Shown one piece after another: positions 7,225-17,964 of a DNA stretch of 64,000 bases. Below the pieces are notes generated by a model. It had not been told where the DNA came from, made no database searches, and worked only from the letters and a program-made list of their open reading frames with translations. A program made the position numbers and the translations under genes. This stretch comes from an uncultured Prevotella sp. (GTDB taxonomy: Bacteria > Bacteroidota > Bacteroidia > Bacteroidales > Bacteroidaceae), in contig CAZXGQ010000002.1 in the NCBI GenBank assembly GCA_964640415.1, positions 1,297 to 65,296 of the forward strand, in the 5' to 3' direction. How positions within the stretch are numbered: position 1 is the first letter of the stretch; each line of letters starts with the position of its first letter.

Positions 7225-9165
7225 ATGAACAACTCAGCAATTCTGTCATTACAACAGCAACGCTTGCTGCTCCAGATGGAGTATCAAACGGAGAAAGAGG
7301 CTTTCAGAAAGCAGACGGAAGCCATTGGTTTGGAGCGCAAGGTGAAACGGGGCGACGCCTGGTATCCCGTGAACGTAGGGCCGACCCGCTACAACTCGCT
7401 CAACCAGCTGACCATAGAGATAACACGGACGCAAGACGTGGACATAGAGCACAACTTCGAGTATGGCAAGACCGTGATGTTTTTCTCCTTCTCGGAGTCG
7501 AAAGCCAACGGAGCAAGCAAAAACAAGGCGGGAGTATCCATACACTACTTCTCCTTCACCGGCACAGTGTCGTATGCGGAGGGGAGCCGCATGGTTATCG
7601 TCATTCCCGAAGGCCATGCGCTCGACCTTCAAGGCACCGACAAGCCTGTCGGCGTTCAGCTCTCGTTCGACGAGACCAGCTACCGCGTGATGTTCGACGC
7701 CTTGGACCGCGTAACCAACGCCAAGAGCAACCGGCTGGCCCACCTGCGCGACCTCTTCTATTCAAAGGCTCCAGTGACGAGGTTCTCGTTCGCCCCGATG
7801 TCGTTCCCTTGGCTTAACAAGGCACAGGAACACGCCGTCAACGAGGTGCTGTGGGCCAAGGACGTAGCCATTGTCCATGGTCCTCCGGGGACGGGCAAGA
7901 CGACGACACTCGTCGAGGCAATCAACGAGACCCTGATGCGCGAAAGTCAGGTGCTTGTCTGTGCACAGAGCAACATGGCGGTAGACTGGATTTGCGAGAA
8001 ACTCGTTGACCGCGGGATAAACGTGCTGCGCATCGGCAACCCCACACGCGTCAACGACAAGATGCTCAGCTTCACTTATGAACGGCGGTTTGAGGCACAC
8101 CCCGACTACCCGCAACTGTGGGCTATACGCAAAGCGATAAGGGAACTGAGGAGGAAGAAGAAAGGGCGCGACGACAACTTCCATCAAAAGCTGGAACGGC
8201 TGAAGTCGCGCGCCACAGAACTGGAGATTCGCATAAACGCCAACCTCTTCGGCGAGGCCCGCGTTATAGCCTCTACGCTGGTAGGCTCGGCCAACCGCCT
8301 GCTCGACGGAATGAAATTCGGCACGCTTTTCATCGACGAGGCCGCACAGGCCCTTGAAGCCGCATGCTGGATACCCATGCGAAGAGTCAGCCGGATTGTG
8401 CTCGCCGGCGACCACTGCCAGTTGCCGCCGACGGTGAAAAGCATTGCTGCACTGAAAGGAGGCTTGGGAAAGACGCTCATGGAACGGATAGTGGAGAACA
8501 AACCGGAATGTGTCACACTGCTCAACGTGCAGTATCGCATGAACAACGAGATAATGAGGTTCTCGTCCGACTGGTTTTATGGCGGCAAGGTGACCACTGC
8601 TCCCGAGATAATGCAGCGCAAGAGCATCCTCAACCTCGACCGGCCCATCTGCTGGCTCGACACCGGCAAGATAGCCCTTGGCGAAGACGAACCCGGAAGC
8701 AAAGAGCAGTTTGTAGGCGAGAGCTTCGGGCGTGTGAACAAAGGCGAAGCCATGCTCACTCTCGACAGTCTGCAAGCCTACTTTACGAAAATAGGCAAGC
8801 AGCGCATCCTTGACGAGCAAATCGACGTGGGCGTAATATCGCCCTATCGGGCGCAGGTGCAATACTTGAGGCGACTGATAATGAAACGTGAGTTTTTCAA
8901 GCCCTATCGCCGACTGATAACCGTGAACACAGTCGACGGCTTCCAAGGGCAGGAACGTGACATAATACTCATATCGATGGTTCGCGCCAACGAGAACGGC
9001 GAGATAGGTTTCTTGAGAGACCTAAGACGAATGAACGTCGCCATAACGCGGGCAAGGATGAAACTCATCATCCTTGGCGATGTGGCGACGTTGACTCGAC
9101 ATTCGTTTTATAAAAAGCTGTGGGAATATGTAGAGGAGCTCAACAGCTCTCCCGCTGAGCCTTGA
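7225..9165 (+). CDS. Superfamily-1 (Upf1/IGHMBP2-like) AAA DNA/RNA helicase
   Basis: 646 aa with motifs GPPGTGKT, LVCAQSNMAVD, FIDEAAQ, VDGFQGQERD and NVAITRAR. Confidence 0.85.
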   Translation: MNNSAILSLQQQRLLLQMEYQTEKEAFRKQTEAIGLERKVKRGDAWYPVNVGPTRYNSLNQLTIEITRTQDVDIEHNFEYGKTVMFFSFSESKANGASKNKAGVSIHYFSFTGTVSYAEGSRMVIVIPEGHALDLQGTDKPVGVQLSFDETSYRVMFDALDRVTNAKSNRLAHLRDLFYSKAPVTRFSFAPMSFPWLNKAQEHAVNEVLWAKDVAIVHGPPGTGKTTTLVEAINETLMRESQVLVCAQSNMAVDWICEKLVDRGINVLRIGNPTRVNDKMLSFTYERRFEAHPDYPQLWAIRKAIRELRRKKKGRDDNFHQKLERLKSRATELEIRINANLFGEARVIASTLVGSANRLLDGMKFGTLFIDEAAQALEAACWIPMRRVSRIVLAGDHCQLPPTVKSIAALKGGLGKTLMERIVENKPECVTLLNVQYRMNNEIMRFSSDWFYGGKVTTAPEIMQRKSILNLDRPICWLDTGKIALGEDEPGSKEQFVGESFGRVNKGEAMLTLDSLQAYFTKIGKQRILDEQIDVGVISPYRAQVQYLRRLIMKREFFKPYRRLITVNTVDGFQGQERDIILISMVRANENGEIGFLRDLRRMNVAITRARMKLIILGDVATLTRHSFYKKLWEYVEELNSSPAEP

Positions 9166-9970
9166 AAGCGTCCACGGCCTTCTTCACCGACCCATACTTC
9201 AAGAGCAGCCCGTTGGCCTCTTCATAAGGCAACTTGGTATAGTCCATCACCATTCGTGTGCCACGGTCAACGAGCTTCTTGTTGGTGAGCTGCATGTTGA
9301 CCATGCGGTTGCCTTTGACACGGCCCAACTGTATCATGACGGAGGTGGATATCATATTGAGAATCATCTTCTGGCCTGTGCCCGACTTCATTCGCGAAGA
9401 GCCCGTGACGAACTCCGGGCCCACAATCATCTCGATGGGATATTCGCAAGCCTCAGCCATGGGTGTGCCTGGGTTTGAAGTGATGCAACCTGTGAGGCAA
9501 CCATGTTCGCGCGCATCTTTCAGTGCCCCGACAACATAGGGAGTGGTGCCCGAGGCTGCGATGCCGATGACAGTGTCGTCTGGCCCTATGTCATGCCCCT
9601 CAAGTTCCTGCCATCCGCGCTTAGGGTCGTCCTCTGCCCTCTCCACGGCATTGCGCAAGGCTGTGTCGCCGCCGGCAATAAGTCCGTAGACCATCGTAGG
9701 AGGCACACCAAACGTCGGAGGCAACTCTGAAGCGTCGAGCACGCCAAGGCGACCGCTCGTGCCCGCACCCATGTAGAAGACTCTACCGCCACGCTTCATG
9801 CGAATCACTATTTGCTCGACCAAAGCCTCTATCTGCGGAATAGCTTTTTCAACGGCAAGGGCCACCTTTTGGTCCTCGCGGTTGATATCAGTCAACAGTT
9901 CGTGAACGCTTTTCTTCTCAAGACTGTCGTACAGTGACGGCTGCTCGGTAATCTTTGTGAATGTTTCCAT
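9140..9970 (-). CDS. murQ: N-acetylmuramic acid 6-phosphate etherase
   Basis: 276 aa with a SIS domain and GAGTSGRLGVLDASELPPTFG, typical of MurQ. It is the last gene of a murT-murK-murQ-like string. Confidence 0.9.
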   Translation of the reverse strand: METFTKITEQPSLYDSLEKKSVHELLTDINREDQKVALAVEKAIPQIEALVEQIVIRMKRGGRVFYMGAGTSGRLGVLDASELPPTFGVPPTMVYGLIAGGDTALRNAVERAEDDPKRGWQELEGHDIGPDDTVIGIAASGTTPYVVGALKDAREHGCLTGCITSNPGTPMAEACEYPIEMIVGPEFVTGSSRMKSGTGQKMILNMISTSVMIQLGRVKGNRMVNMQLTNKKLVDRGTRMVMDYTKLPYEEANGLLLKYGSVKKAVDAFKAQRESC

Positions 9971-9979
9971 TACGTATCT

Positions 9980-10822
9980 TTATTTCACTATATGATATTC
10001 CACCATGGCCTCCATTGGAGCCTGGATAATTCTGCCAAGGTGCATGCCCTCTTCCTCAAGAACCTCCAGAAGGGGTTTCTTGTATATCTCGGCAATGCTG
10101 CCGTTGAAGCCTATAGGCAATGTCTGCCAACCCTCATACTGCATGACGTTGCGGCGGAGGAATGAGCGGAAGCTCTCTTTCAGCAAGTTGTATATGCGCG
10201 GCTCGTCGATGTTCTCCTCAAGGAAGGGGACAAACGAGGCGAGGAAGGTGTTGGGCTTCGGCTGGCGGTAGACACGGTCTATGATCTCGGCAGGAGTGAG
10301 ATTATACTTCTCAAAGAAGCGCTTGGTGATGGTTTCCGGCATCTGGTTTTTCAGCACATCGCCCACCAGGAGTTTGCCGAGCACTGCCCCACTGCCCTCA
10401 TCACCAAGGATGAATCCCAGTGGCGACACGTTCTTCACCAGATACTTGCCGTCGTAGGCACAAGAGTTGCTTCCCGTGCCTAGGATACAGGCTATGCCCG
10501 GCTTGTGGCCGCAGATGCCGCGTGCGGCGCCAAGCATGTCGCTTGCCACCTCACACTCGCCATTGATGGTGAGGTTTGCGCGGAGTGCACGCTCCACTAT
10601 AGGCTGTTTTTCCTTGGTACAGCCCGCACCATAGAAATGAACCTCGTCGAGCACGGTGCTTGGGAGCTCGGGCACGAGATGGAGCTTTATTTCCTCAGTG
10701 ATTGCCTCTTCCGACATTTGGAAGGGATTCATGCCACTGGTGCGGAGACGTTTCACGAGCTTATTGTTTTCCACTAAGCCCCAATCGGTCTTGGTGGAGC
10801 CACTGTCTGCTAAAAGTATCAT
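9980..10822 (-). CDS. murK: BadF/BadG/BcrA/BcrD-type sugar kinase, probable MurNAc/GlcNAc kinase
   Basis: 280 aa starting MILLADSGSTKTDW, with an ASKHA-fold ATPase and GTGSNS motif. Its position between the membrane protein and murQ mirrors the Tannerella forsythia murTKQ order. Confidence 0.75.
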   Translation of the reverse strand: MILLADSGSTKTDWGLVENNKLVKRLRTSGMNPFQMSEEAITEEIKLHLVPELPSTVLDEVHFYGAGCTKEKQPIVERALRANLTINGECEVASDMLGAARGICGHKPGIACILGTGSNSCAYDGKYLVKNVSPLGFILGDEGSGAVLGKLLVGDVLKNQMPETITKRFFEKYNLTPAEIIDRVYRQPKPNTFLASFVPFLEENIDEPRIYNLLKESFRSFLRRNVMQYEGWQTLPIGFNGSIAEIYKKPLLEVLEEEGMHLGRIIQAPMEAMVEYHIVK

Positions 10823-10836
10823 GACTGATATGTTTT

Positions 10837-11988
10837 TTATAGTTTAATGTAAATCTTCTTCTTGTAAAGCCACAAGCCTACTATCCAGCAACACATCACA
10901 TAGAAGCATGCCCAAGCAAGCGAGGCTAAGGGTAACGGAAGAAAAGACGCGAGCACATCTTCATAGCAGAATGTCTGCACCGTCTTGTCTCCTACGATTG
11001 GCAACATGCCGAAAGGAATGAGCAGAATATCGGACAACACATACAGGGCCAACGGATTCACGCCAAAGACGTGGAAGAGCTCAGTAATGCGGCCTTGCTT
11101 GTGTTTCTTGTCGACGAGCCATGTCATGAGCGCGAGCAATGTGCTGGCAATGCCACACGTGGTCATGGCAAATGTAGGGGTCCACAATTTCTTGCTTATC
11201 GGGCAGACGTATGAAAGGAGAACGCCGGCAAGGACAAGCAGCGAGCCTATGACGAAAAGACGTTCTATCTTGTCGTTCAAGTCGTTGAGATTCATTATCA
11301 ACTTACCCACGCAGAAGCCTATGAGCACATGCCCGAGAGACGGCAACGTGGACAGCAAGCCTTCCGGGTCGGGCGTATCCCAGGCATACACATGGTCAGC
11401 ACCAAGCACTATAGTGTCGACAACGGCAAGGATGTTGCTACCGTCGTGTGCATATCCATTCCCGAGCCGAAGCAGGACGTAGTAGCCCGCAAAGAGGAAG
11501 GCAATGATCCACGGAATGAACTTATGTCTCACGCTGATGGCAACAATGGCAGCCAAACCATAGCAGATGCCCAATCGCGGCAACACGCCAAGAATACGGA
11601 GATGGGCGAACATATAGCCAAAGCCGTTCCAGTTTTCAGGATTCACCGCTCCACGAACCATGGACAGCAGCAACGCTATGGCAAGGCCGATGCCCCAAAG
11701 CAGGAAGGTGCGCTTGGCTATCTTGAAAGCGCATTCACGGGACCATGAGAAATTGAACTTGCGGAGCGAGAGATAGGTGGTGATGCCCATTATGAGCATG
11801 AACGTGGGAAACACGAGATCGGTGGGAGTCAGGCCTATCCACTCGGCATGGGTGAGCGGCGTGAAGCAGTCAGCCTCGGAACCGCCCGGGTTGTTGACAA
11901 GGATCATGCCTGCAATAGTAATGCCACGGAGGATATCAACCGAGAGGATTCGCTGCTTTGTCGCTTGGATTGTGTTGTCTGTATTCAT
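10837..11988 (-). CDS. Polytopic membrane protein of the DUF5009/DUF1624 (HGSNAT-like) family; candidate MurT-type MurNAc transporter
   Basis: 383 aa with multiple hydrophobic segments and the N-terminal signature RILSVDILRGITIAGMILVNNPG. The functional call rests only on synteny with murK and murQ. Confidence 0.6.
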   Translation of the reverse strand: MNTDNTIQATKQRILSVDILRGITIAGMILVNNPGGSEADCFTPLTHAEWIGLTPTDLVFPTFMLIMGITTYLSLRKFNFSWSRECAFKIAKRTFLLWGIGLAIALLLSMVRGAVNPENWNGFGYMFAHLRILGVLPRLGICYGLAAIVAISVRHKFIPWIIAFLFAGYYVLLRLGNGYAHDGSNILAVVDTIVLGADHVYAWDTPDPEGLLSTLPSLGHVLIGFCVGKLIMNLNDLNDKIERLFVIGSLLVLAGVLLSYVCPISKKLWTPTFAMTTCGIASTLLALMTWLVDKKHKQGRITELFHVFGVNPLALYVLSDILLIPFGMLPIVGDKTVQTFCYEDVLASFLPLPLASLAWACFYVMCCWIVGLWLYKKKIYIKL

Positions 11989-13208
11989 TTATAGAGGTAA
12001 TATTTCTTGGCGGTATTGCGGAAGCTGTCCGCATCCTTGTCCCAATATTCTTTTGCGTCTTGCCATTGGTGACGACGCAGGAAAAGCTTGCGAATCTGCT
12101 TTGATCCGCACACCTTGTTTATCATGTCGGCACGTTTCGTGTCCTCGCCCATGGGGTCATGGTCGGGATAGAGCCTGTAAAGTTCCTGCAGGGCATACCA
12201 CTGCACATCGCAGAGACGGGCCTTTGCATAGTCGGTGATGTAGACCTGTACGCCTTGGAGTTCCTTGCCTTTGCCCGCACCATAATAGGGAGTATAGAAT
12301 ATCGGGCGGAATGTATAGCCAGGCAGACATAAGGCGTTCATGGCGTCGGCAAACTCTTGCGCCTTGACCCATTCGGCTCCAATAAGCTTGAACGGAAGTG
12401 TATAGCCAACACCAATAGAAATGGTAGATAGCTCTCCCACGATGCCTGTGACGCTATAGAACGGCGCGGTGGACATTTCCGGGATGTGGGGAGAGGAAAG
12501 CACCCATTCCAGACCTGTCTCAGCGTAGGTCATGCAGCGTTTCCACCCCTTCATCTTTACCACTTGCAACTTGCATTTGCCGCCAATCATGTTCTCTCCA
12601 TTCAGCAGCAGCGCAACCTCGCCAGGGGTTAGACCGTAGACGTAGGGGATCTTGATCTGAGAGACAAAGCTCACACAGTCGTCCTCTACAATATTGCCCT
12701 CTATCTTCTCGCCGCCCAACGGATTGGGGCGGTCGAGCACCACGACTTCAATGCCGCGCTTTGCTGCCGCCTTCATCACATTGTAGAGCGTTGATATATA
12801 TGTAAACGAACGGCAGCCTATGTCCTGAATGTCGTACACGAGCACGTCGATACCTTTCAGCATCTCATCAGTAGGGATGCGCGTCTTGCCGTAAAGGGAG
12901 TAGACCGGCAATCCTGTGCGCGGGTCGCTGTTGCCCGTCACTTTCTCGCCGGCATGCGCACTGCCCCTGACTCCGTGCTCGGGGCCAAATAGAGCCACAA
13001 GCTTCACGTTGGAAGCGTTGTGCAGTATGTCGATGTCCGACACAAGACTGTTGTCTACGCCCGTGGGGTTGGTGACAAGGCCCACCCGCTTGCCTTCAAG
13101 AATCTTGAAGTTGGTGGCCTTCAACACCTCAATGCCAGTCTTCACTTTCTGCGCACTGACAAGGGAAACAAGGCAGAGACAACTGATTAAGACTGCTATC
13201 CGTTTCAT
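11985..13208 (-). CDS. namZ: DUF1343 (YbbC) family exo-beta-N-acetylmuramidase
   Basis: 407 aa with a signal peptide, then GLVTNPTGVD...LFGPEHG, typical of DUF1343. There is a 4-nt overlap with the downstream gene. Confidence 0.8.
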   Translation of the reverse strand: MKRIAVLISCLCLVSLVSAQKVKTGIEVLKATNFKILEGKRVGLVTNPTGVDNSLVSDIDILHNASNVKLVALFGPEHGVRGSAHAGEKVTGNSDPRTGLPVYSLYGKTRIPTDEMLKGIDVLVYDIQDIGCRSFTYISTLYNVMKAAAKRGIEVVVLDRPNPLGGEKIEGNIVEDDCVSFVSQIKIPYVYGLTPGEVALLLNGENMIGGKCKLQVVKMKGWKRCMTYAETGLEWVLSSPHIPEMSTAPFYSVTGIVGELSTISIGVGYTLPFKLIGAEWVKAQEFADAMNALCLPGYTFRPIFYTPYYGAGKGKELQGVQVYITDYAKARLCDVQWYALQELYRLYPDHDPMGEDTKRADMINKVCGSKQIRKLFLRRHQWQDAKEYWDKDADSFRNTAKKYYLYK

Positions 13209-13220
13209 GACAGATACCCT

Positions 13221-14543
13221 TTACTTGCAACCATAATGTTCGTCTATCTGCTTTCTCACCACGAAGGTGACGCCGACCGTAACGAGACAGCAAAGCATGA
13301 CCATCCAGAAGAAGTTGACATAGCCTATCGCTTCTTGTATATAACCCGCCACAAAGCCGGGGAGCATCATGCTGAGTGCCATGAAAGCCGTACAGATGGC
13401 ATAGTGGGATGTCTTGAACTCTCCCTCTGAGAAGTACATCATGTAAAGCATATAGGCGGTGAAGCCGAATCCGTAGCCGAACTGTTCTATGCACAAGGCG
13501 ACGGTGATAACCACGATGTTTGACGGCTGCGCCATGGCCAGATACACGTAGATGAGGTCAGGCAGGGTTAGGGCCGCGGCCATGATCCACAACGAGCGTT
13601 TCAGTCCCAGCCTCGACGCCACGATGCCGCCAAGGATGCCACCGCCAAGAAGTGCTATGACACCAAATGTACCATAGACAAGGCCCACCATGTCGGTACT
13701 GAGACCAAGTCCGCCAACTTCAGTGCCATGCACGAGGAATGGCTGGCACATCTTGACAAGGAAGCCCTCGGGCAAACGGAAGAGGAGCATGAACGCTATC
13801 GCCCACCCCACATTCGGCTTCTTGATGAATGTGGCGAACGAGCCCGTCAGCTCACTCCACTTGCCATTGCCTGCCGGATCTTTGGATGTGTCGACACGCG
13901 GACGGTCGGCATCGGCATGTGGCAGGCAGAACGTGTGGTAAAGGGTTACGACGAAGAATATGGCGGCACTCAACCCAAGGGTCACCTTCCAGGAATAAGG
14001 GATATCTCCAGTATTGCTCTCTACCGTGCCCGCGATGAAGACCAGCACGCCTTGTCCGAAGACAGAGGCAACGCGATAGAAGGTGCTGCGTATGCCAATG
14101 AACGCCGCCTGACTGCTCGGGCTGTGGGCCAACATATAGTAGCCGTCGGCAGCTATGTCGTGGGTGGCAGAGGCGAAGGCGGCAATGATGAACAACACCA
14201 GCGTCAGCGTGAAGAGGCTGATAGGTGTCTGGCCGCCCGCTATCATCTGCGCCGACGGAAACGGCAATGTGAACGTGAGGGCCACCAGCAAGACGGTAAG
14301 CAACGCCTGCATGGTGACAATCCACCAGCGCTTGGTCTTCACCACATCGACCAGCGGGCTCCAGATGCCTTTGAGGAACCAGGGGAAATAAAGCAATGTG
14401 GTAAAGAATGCCATGTCGCCATTGGGCACGCCCATCTTTGTGAACATCATCACGGAGATGTTGTTCACTATGAAATAAGGCACGCCCTCAGCAAAATAGA
14501 GTGTGGGGACCCACGCCCACGGAGTGATGTTCTTACTGTTCAT
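13221..14543 (-). CDS. ampG: AmpG-family MFS muropeptide permease
   Basis: 440 aa with about 12 hydrophobic segments. The N-terminus [33 protein letters not shown] is typical of AmpG. Confidence 0.8.
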   Translation of the reverse strand: MNSKNITPWAWVPTLYFAEGVPYFIVNNISVMMFTKMGVPNGDMAFFTTLLYFPWFLKGIWSPLVDVVKTKRWWIVTMQALLTVLLVALTFTLPFPSAQMIAGGQTPISLFTLTLVLFIIAAFASATHDIAADGYYMLAHSPSSQAAFIGIRSTFYRVASVFGQGVLVFIAGTVESNTGDIPYSWKVTLGLSAAIFFVVTLYHTFCLPHADADRPRVDTSKDPAGNGKWSELTGSFATFIKKPNVGWAIAFMLLFRLPEGFLVKMCQPFLVHGTEVGGLGLSTDMVGLVYGTFGVIALLGGGILGGIVASRLGLKRSLWIMAAALTLPDLIYVYLAMAQPSNIVVITVALCIEQFGYGFGFTAYMLYMMYFSEGEFKTSHYAICTAFMALSMMLPGFVAGYIQEAIGYVNFFWMVMLCCLVTVGVTFVVRKQIDEHYGCK

Positions 14544-15972
14544 TCCTGCGGTTCATTGCTATGCGCGCCTTGAGTTCCCAAGTGCGTATACGGTCCTTGT
14601 ATGTGTTGTTGCGGTTCTCTTTCTCGATGCTCAGGTCGCCGTCGGAGTTGTCGTCCCAACGGCGGCAGCAATACACCGGGTCGTAGATGCGGCCGATGAG
14701 GTAGTGGCGGCTGAGGGCAAGCATGAAGGCGTAATCCTCGCCATAGTTGACGTTAGGCATTGTGAGGTTGCGCAACACCGGCGAATACATGCCGCGCGGC
14801 GCTCCCAGGCCATTGATGCGCAGGGCATTGTTGCGGCCGTTTTCCGGAGTCCACTCCGCATGGTCGATCTTTCCCGGAGGAAGAATGTTCTTGTTGATGT
14901 CGGTGAGGACGTATGAGCCTATTATCGCAGCTGTCTTTTGCTCCATGAAGGCATCATAGTAGGTCTGCAGCGTGTTCTCGTCGAGATACACGTCGTCGGA
15001 GTCGAGCTGCACGATGAAACGTCCGCAACGGGGATCGTGGGCGCAAAGGTTCCAGCTGCCGCCCACACCGAGGTCGCGGCGTGGAGTGACGATATGGACT
15101 ATACGGTCGTCGGCCTTTGCCATCTCGGCCACGGCCTCAGTTGTGCCGTCAGTGGAATGGCACTCAGGTCCGTTCTCAATGACAAAGACATTGTATTTGA
15201 AGTTGGTCTTCTGTATCAATGCACTTTCCACGGCATCACGGATGGTGCGTATGCGGTTGCGCACGGGAATCATGACGCTTATCTCTACAGGAAAGTCGCC
15301 TGCCATGATGTCGACGGGTGCGAACTCCGGCTTGAGGTATCCGCCTATCTCCTTGAGATACTCGGTCACGGCCTTCTCCATCTCTATCTGTGAAGCACGG
15401 TTGCGCGGATCCACGTAGTCGAAGAGCTTCTCGCCCGTCTTGCGTGTGTCAAGCTCCACCTCGGAGTAAAGATATTCGTTGACGTGGCTGATCTCGTATT
15501 TCTCGGCGAGCTTAAGGCGCAAGTCGTAGAATCCTGCAGCCTGGTAGTCGGCATTCATTCTCGAAGCTGACTCTTTCAAGGCGTCGGTACGGAAAAGAAG
15601 CACTGAACCAAAGTTGAAGTCATCGCGGAGAGCACCCATCTGATAGTCGATAGTGGGGGCGTCGGCACGTTTGCCGTCAGCGGAGATATTGTAGTGGTCG
15701 GCGTAGGTCATACCTGCCTCGGTGATGCCTGCGACCTGCACCATACGCTCAAGGGCGAGATAGCCCAACTGCATGAACTGTCCCTTCAGATAGAGCAGCG
15801 TATACTGTGCCTCTGCTTTCCCGGCTATATCCTTCAAGACCGACGAAGCCTTGACGTTACCGTCAACAACAGTAACGTTGCCAACCATTTCTTCGGCTTT
15901 GAGTGCCTCTAAGTTTCTCTTGGTCTCCTCTTCGTTTCCACGTGGGATGAAGCAATCTACCAGTTTCTTCAT
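14533..15972 (-). CDS. Family-2 glycosyltransferase with N-terminal extension
   Basis: 479 aa. The GT-A core ([22 protein letters not shown]...QLDSDDVY) begins about 220 aa into the protein. It overlaps ampG by 11 nt. Confidence 0.75.
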   Translation of the reverse strand: MKKLVDCFIPRGNEEETKRNLEALKAEEMVGNVTVVDGNVKASSVLKDIAGKAEAQYTLLYLKGQFMQLGYLALERMVQVAGITEAGMTYADHYNISADGKRADAPTIDYQMGALRDDFNFGSVLLFRTDALKESASRMNADYQAAGFYDLRLKLAEKYEISHVNEYLYSEVELDTRKTGEKLFDYVDPRNRASQIEMEKAVTEYLKEIGGYLKPEFAPVDIMAGDFPVEISVMIPVRNRIRTIRDAVESALIQKTNFKYNVFVIENGPECHSTDGTTEAVAEMAKADDRIVHIVTPRRDLGVGGSWNLCAHDPRCGRFIVQLDSDDVYLDENTLQTYYDAFMEQKTAAIIGSYVLTDINKNILPPGKIDHAEWTPENGRNNALRINGLGAPRGMYSPVLRNLTMPNVNYGEDYAFMLALSRHYLIGRIYDPVYCCRRWDDNSDGDLSIEKENRNNTYKDRIRTWELKARIAMNRRNEQ

Positions 15973-16051
15973 TTTCTTAAGCTTATTATTTGTTTTTCTT
16001 TGTTTTGTTACTTGTTTGTACCGCAGGTTGAACGTCTTTCAACCTACGACC

Positions 16052-17914
16052 TCACCGTTTGACCTCTATCTCACCAACCTTTCCGGCCTCATTGGTGAAC
16101 ACCAGTTTGTTTGCGCCCAATGGCACAACGGTATTGATAAGCGTATTGCCGAATTTGTGTTTCCACAGCAAGCGCCCTGTTTTCCCGTCAAGCGCCATTA
16201 TGAGACCATCCTTGTTTGTAGAGAACACCACACCGTCTTTCTCGACCAACATAACCCTGGCGTGTTCGTAACCGAAGCCGCAGTTGGTTGCCCAAAGCTC
16301 CCGCGGCGTGTCGCTTGTCGTGGAATAGCATACTATGCTGTCGTTCATCGTCTTCAGATAGATTCGCTTGCCGTCTTCCGACAATCCTATGCTCTCGCGC
16401 ACCTTGCTCTGGTATGTCCGCCATATCTGCCGGCCCGTATTCAGGTCGATAGCTGTGGAAGCGCGGTCCGGGTCACAGATGAACACGCGTCCCTGAGCCT
16501 CCACCGGCCAGACACCGGCCGGGGAATAGTGCATGTCCGTCTTCTTCGGATGCCACGTCCACAGGCGCGCACCGCTTTTGGCGTCAAGACAATAGAGGGT
16601 GGTAGCCCAATCGCCGAATATCACCTTCCCGCGGGTCACGAGGGGCTTGGTCTCGACATAGCCCTTAATGTCGGGGCTCAGCCACTCTACCTTTCCGCTC
16701 TTCACGTCTATTGCCCTGAAGAAGTGGTCTCCACCACCAATATAGGCGGTATTGCCCACTATGGTGACTGCGCTGACGCACGGCGCACCTGTTTCCACTT
16801 GCCACAGCCGCTTGCCGCTCTTGGCATCAAAGCCATAGACAAAGCCGTCGGCAGAGCCTGCCACAAGCACCCCTTTGCCAATGGCAGGCGTGCCTATGAT
16901 GCGAGCCCCGGTCTGGTAGCGCCACAGTTCGTGTCCAAGAGCGTCGTAGCATACCACACGGCCAACATTGTCGGCTGCGTATACGTTGCCCCGCCATACC
17001 ACTGGAGAGGAATATATGCCTGCATGCTGGCTCACGACCCAGTTCTCCTTCACTTGCGGGAACGTATCGTTGACGGCATAAGAAGGACGCGGTGACCAGT
17101 GTGCCCGGTCGTCGTCATGCTTGGTGGTGAAAGGTATTGACATCCAGCGACAGCGTGGCTTTCCCACAGGGTGAGTATATACCACAACCGAATCGGCCTG
17201 CACATCAAGTTCGTTGTACTGCCCGGCCATGTTGCTTTCCTGCCTGAGGTTTGTGATGTTGACTATTCCCGGCATGCCATCATAGCTGAAGTGCAGGTTG
17301 CGATGGTAATGGCCGCTGACAAAGGTCACAATAGGGTATGGGCGGATGGCGTCGGTAAGCTCATACCAGTTGTCAACATCGTCGGGCTGCATTGGCATGT
17401 GTGTAATCATGAACACGGGCTTGCCGTCGGTGCCGTTCTTCTCCAGCACATCCTTGGCAAAGGCTATGTCCTCCGGGGCCACGTGGCCGAGGGCCATACG
17501 CATCATGGGACCGGTGGGAAAGCCCAAGAAGAGTATGCCTTTGTGCTCAAACTGGAAACGCTCGTAACCGAAAATCTTCACGAAGTCCATGCATCCGCTC
17601 TCGCTCCAGTTCTGGTCGTGGTTGCCTTCGAGTATGTACCAAGGCTTGTTGAGCTTGTCAAGCTCCCGTTTGGCTATGCGCAACGACGCTCCGTCGCCTG
17701 CGTCGGCAATGTCGCCGGTGACGAGCACAAAGTCGATGGCGGTATCGCTGTTTATCTGTGCCACCGACTGCCTCAAGTCTTCTGTCGGATTGGGCGAGCC
17801 TGCTGAAATGTGAATATCCGTGACCACGGCAAAGCGGAAAGGCTCGAAGGCAAACGCTGACGCAAACGCAACCAGACAGCACGCCACGACAATCACGAAC
17901 CGCTTTATGTTCAT
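16052..17914 (-). CDS. Secreted calcineurin-like metallophosphoesterase fused to a PQQ-like beta-propeller repeat domain
   Basis: Start taken at ATG 17914 (MNIKRFVIVVACCLVAFASAFA signal). The N-terminal half has DIH...GDIAD..GNHD..H motifs. The C-terminal half has repeated GxxLWxxxxG propeller-like units. Confidence 0.7.
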   Translation of the reverse strand: MNIKRFVIVVACCLVAFASAFAFEPFRFAVVTDIHISAGSPNPTEDLRQSVAQINSDTAIDFVLVTGDIADAGDGASLRIAKRELDKLNKPWYILEGNHDQNWSESGCMDFVKIFGYERFQFEHKGILFLGFPTGPMMRMALGHVAPEDIAFAKDVLEKNGTDGKPVFMITHMPMQPDDVDNWYELTDAIRPYPIVTFVSGHYHRNLHFSYDGMPGIVNITNLRQESNMAGQYNELDVQADSVVVYTHPVGKPRCRWMSIPFTTKHDDDRAHWSPRPSYAVNDTFPQVKENWVVSQHAGIYSSPVVWRGNVYAADNVGRVVCYDALGHELWRYQTGARIIGTPAIGKGVLVAGSADGFVYGFDAKSGKRLWQVETGAPCVSAVTIVGNTAYIGGGDHFFRAIDVKSGKVEWLSPDIKGYVETKPLVTRGKVIFGDWATTLYCLDAKSGARLWTWHPKKTDMHYSPAGVWPVEAQGRVFICDPDRASTAIDLNTGRQIWRTYQSKVRESIGLSEDGKRIYLKTMNDSIVCYSTTSDTPRELWATNCGFGYEHARVMLVEKDGVVFSTNKDGLIMALDGKTGRLLWKHKFGNTLINTVVPLGANKLVFTNEAGKVGEIEVKR

Positions 17915-17964
17915 GCCTTGCACCATTGCTTCATGTATCATTCCCCGTACCAATCCCATTGGTT

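Noticed and set aside
9140-9165. The 26-nt overlap of the convergent helicase and murQ 3-prime ends as a regulatory antisense arrangement.
   Set aside because: Short convergent overlaps are common in compact genomes and no associated structure was seen. It is not considered meaningful without transcript data.
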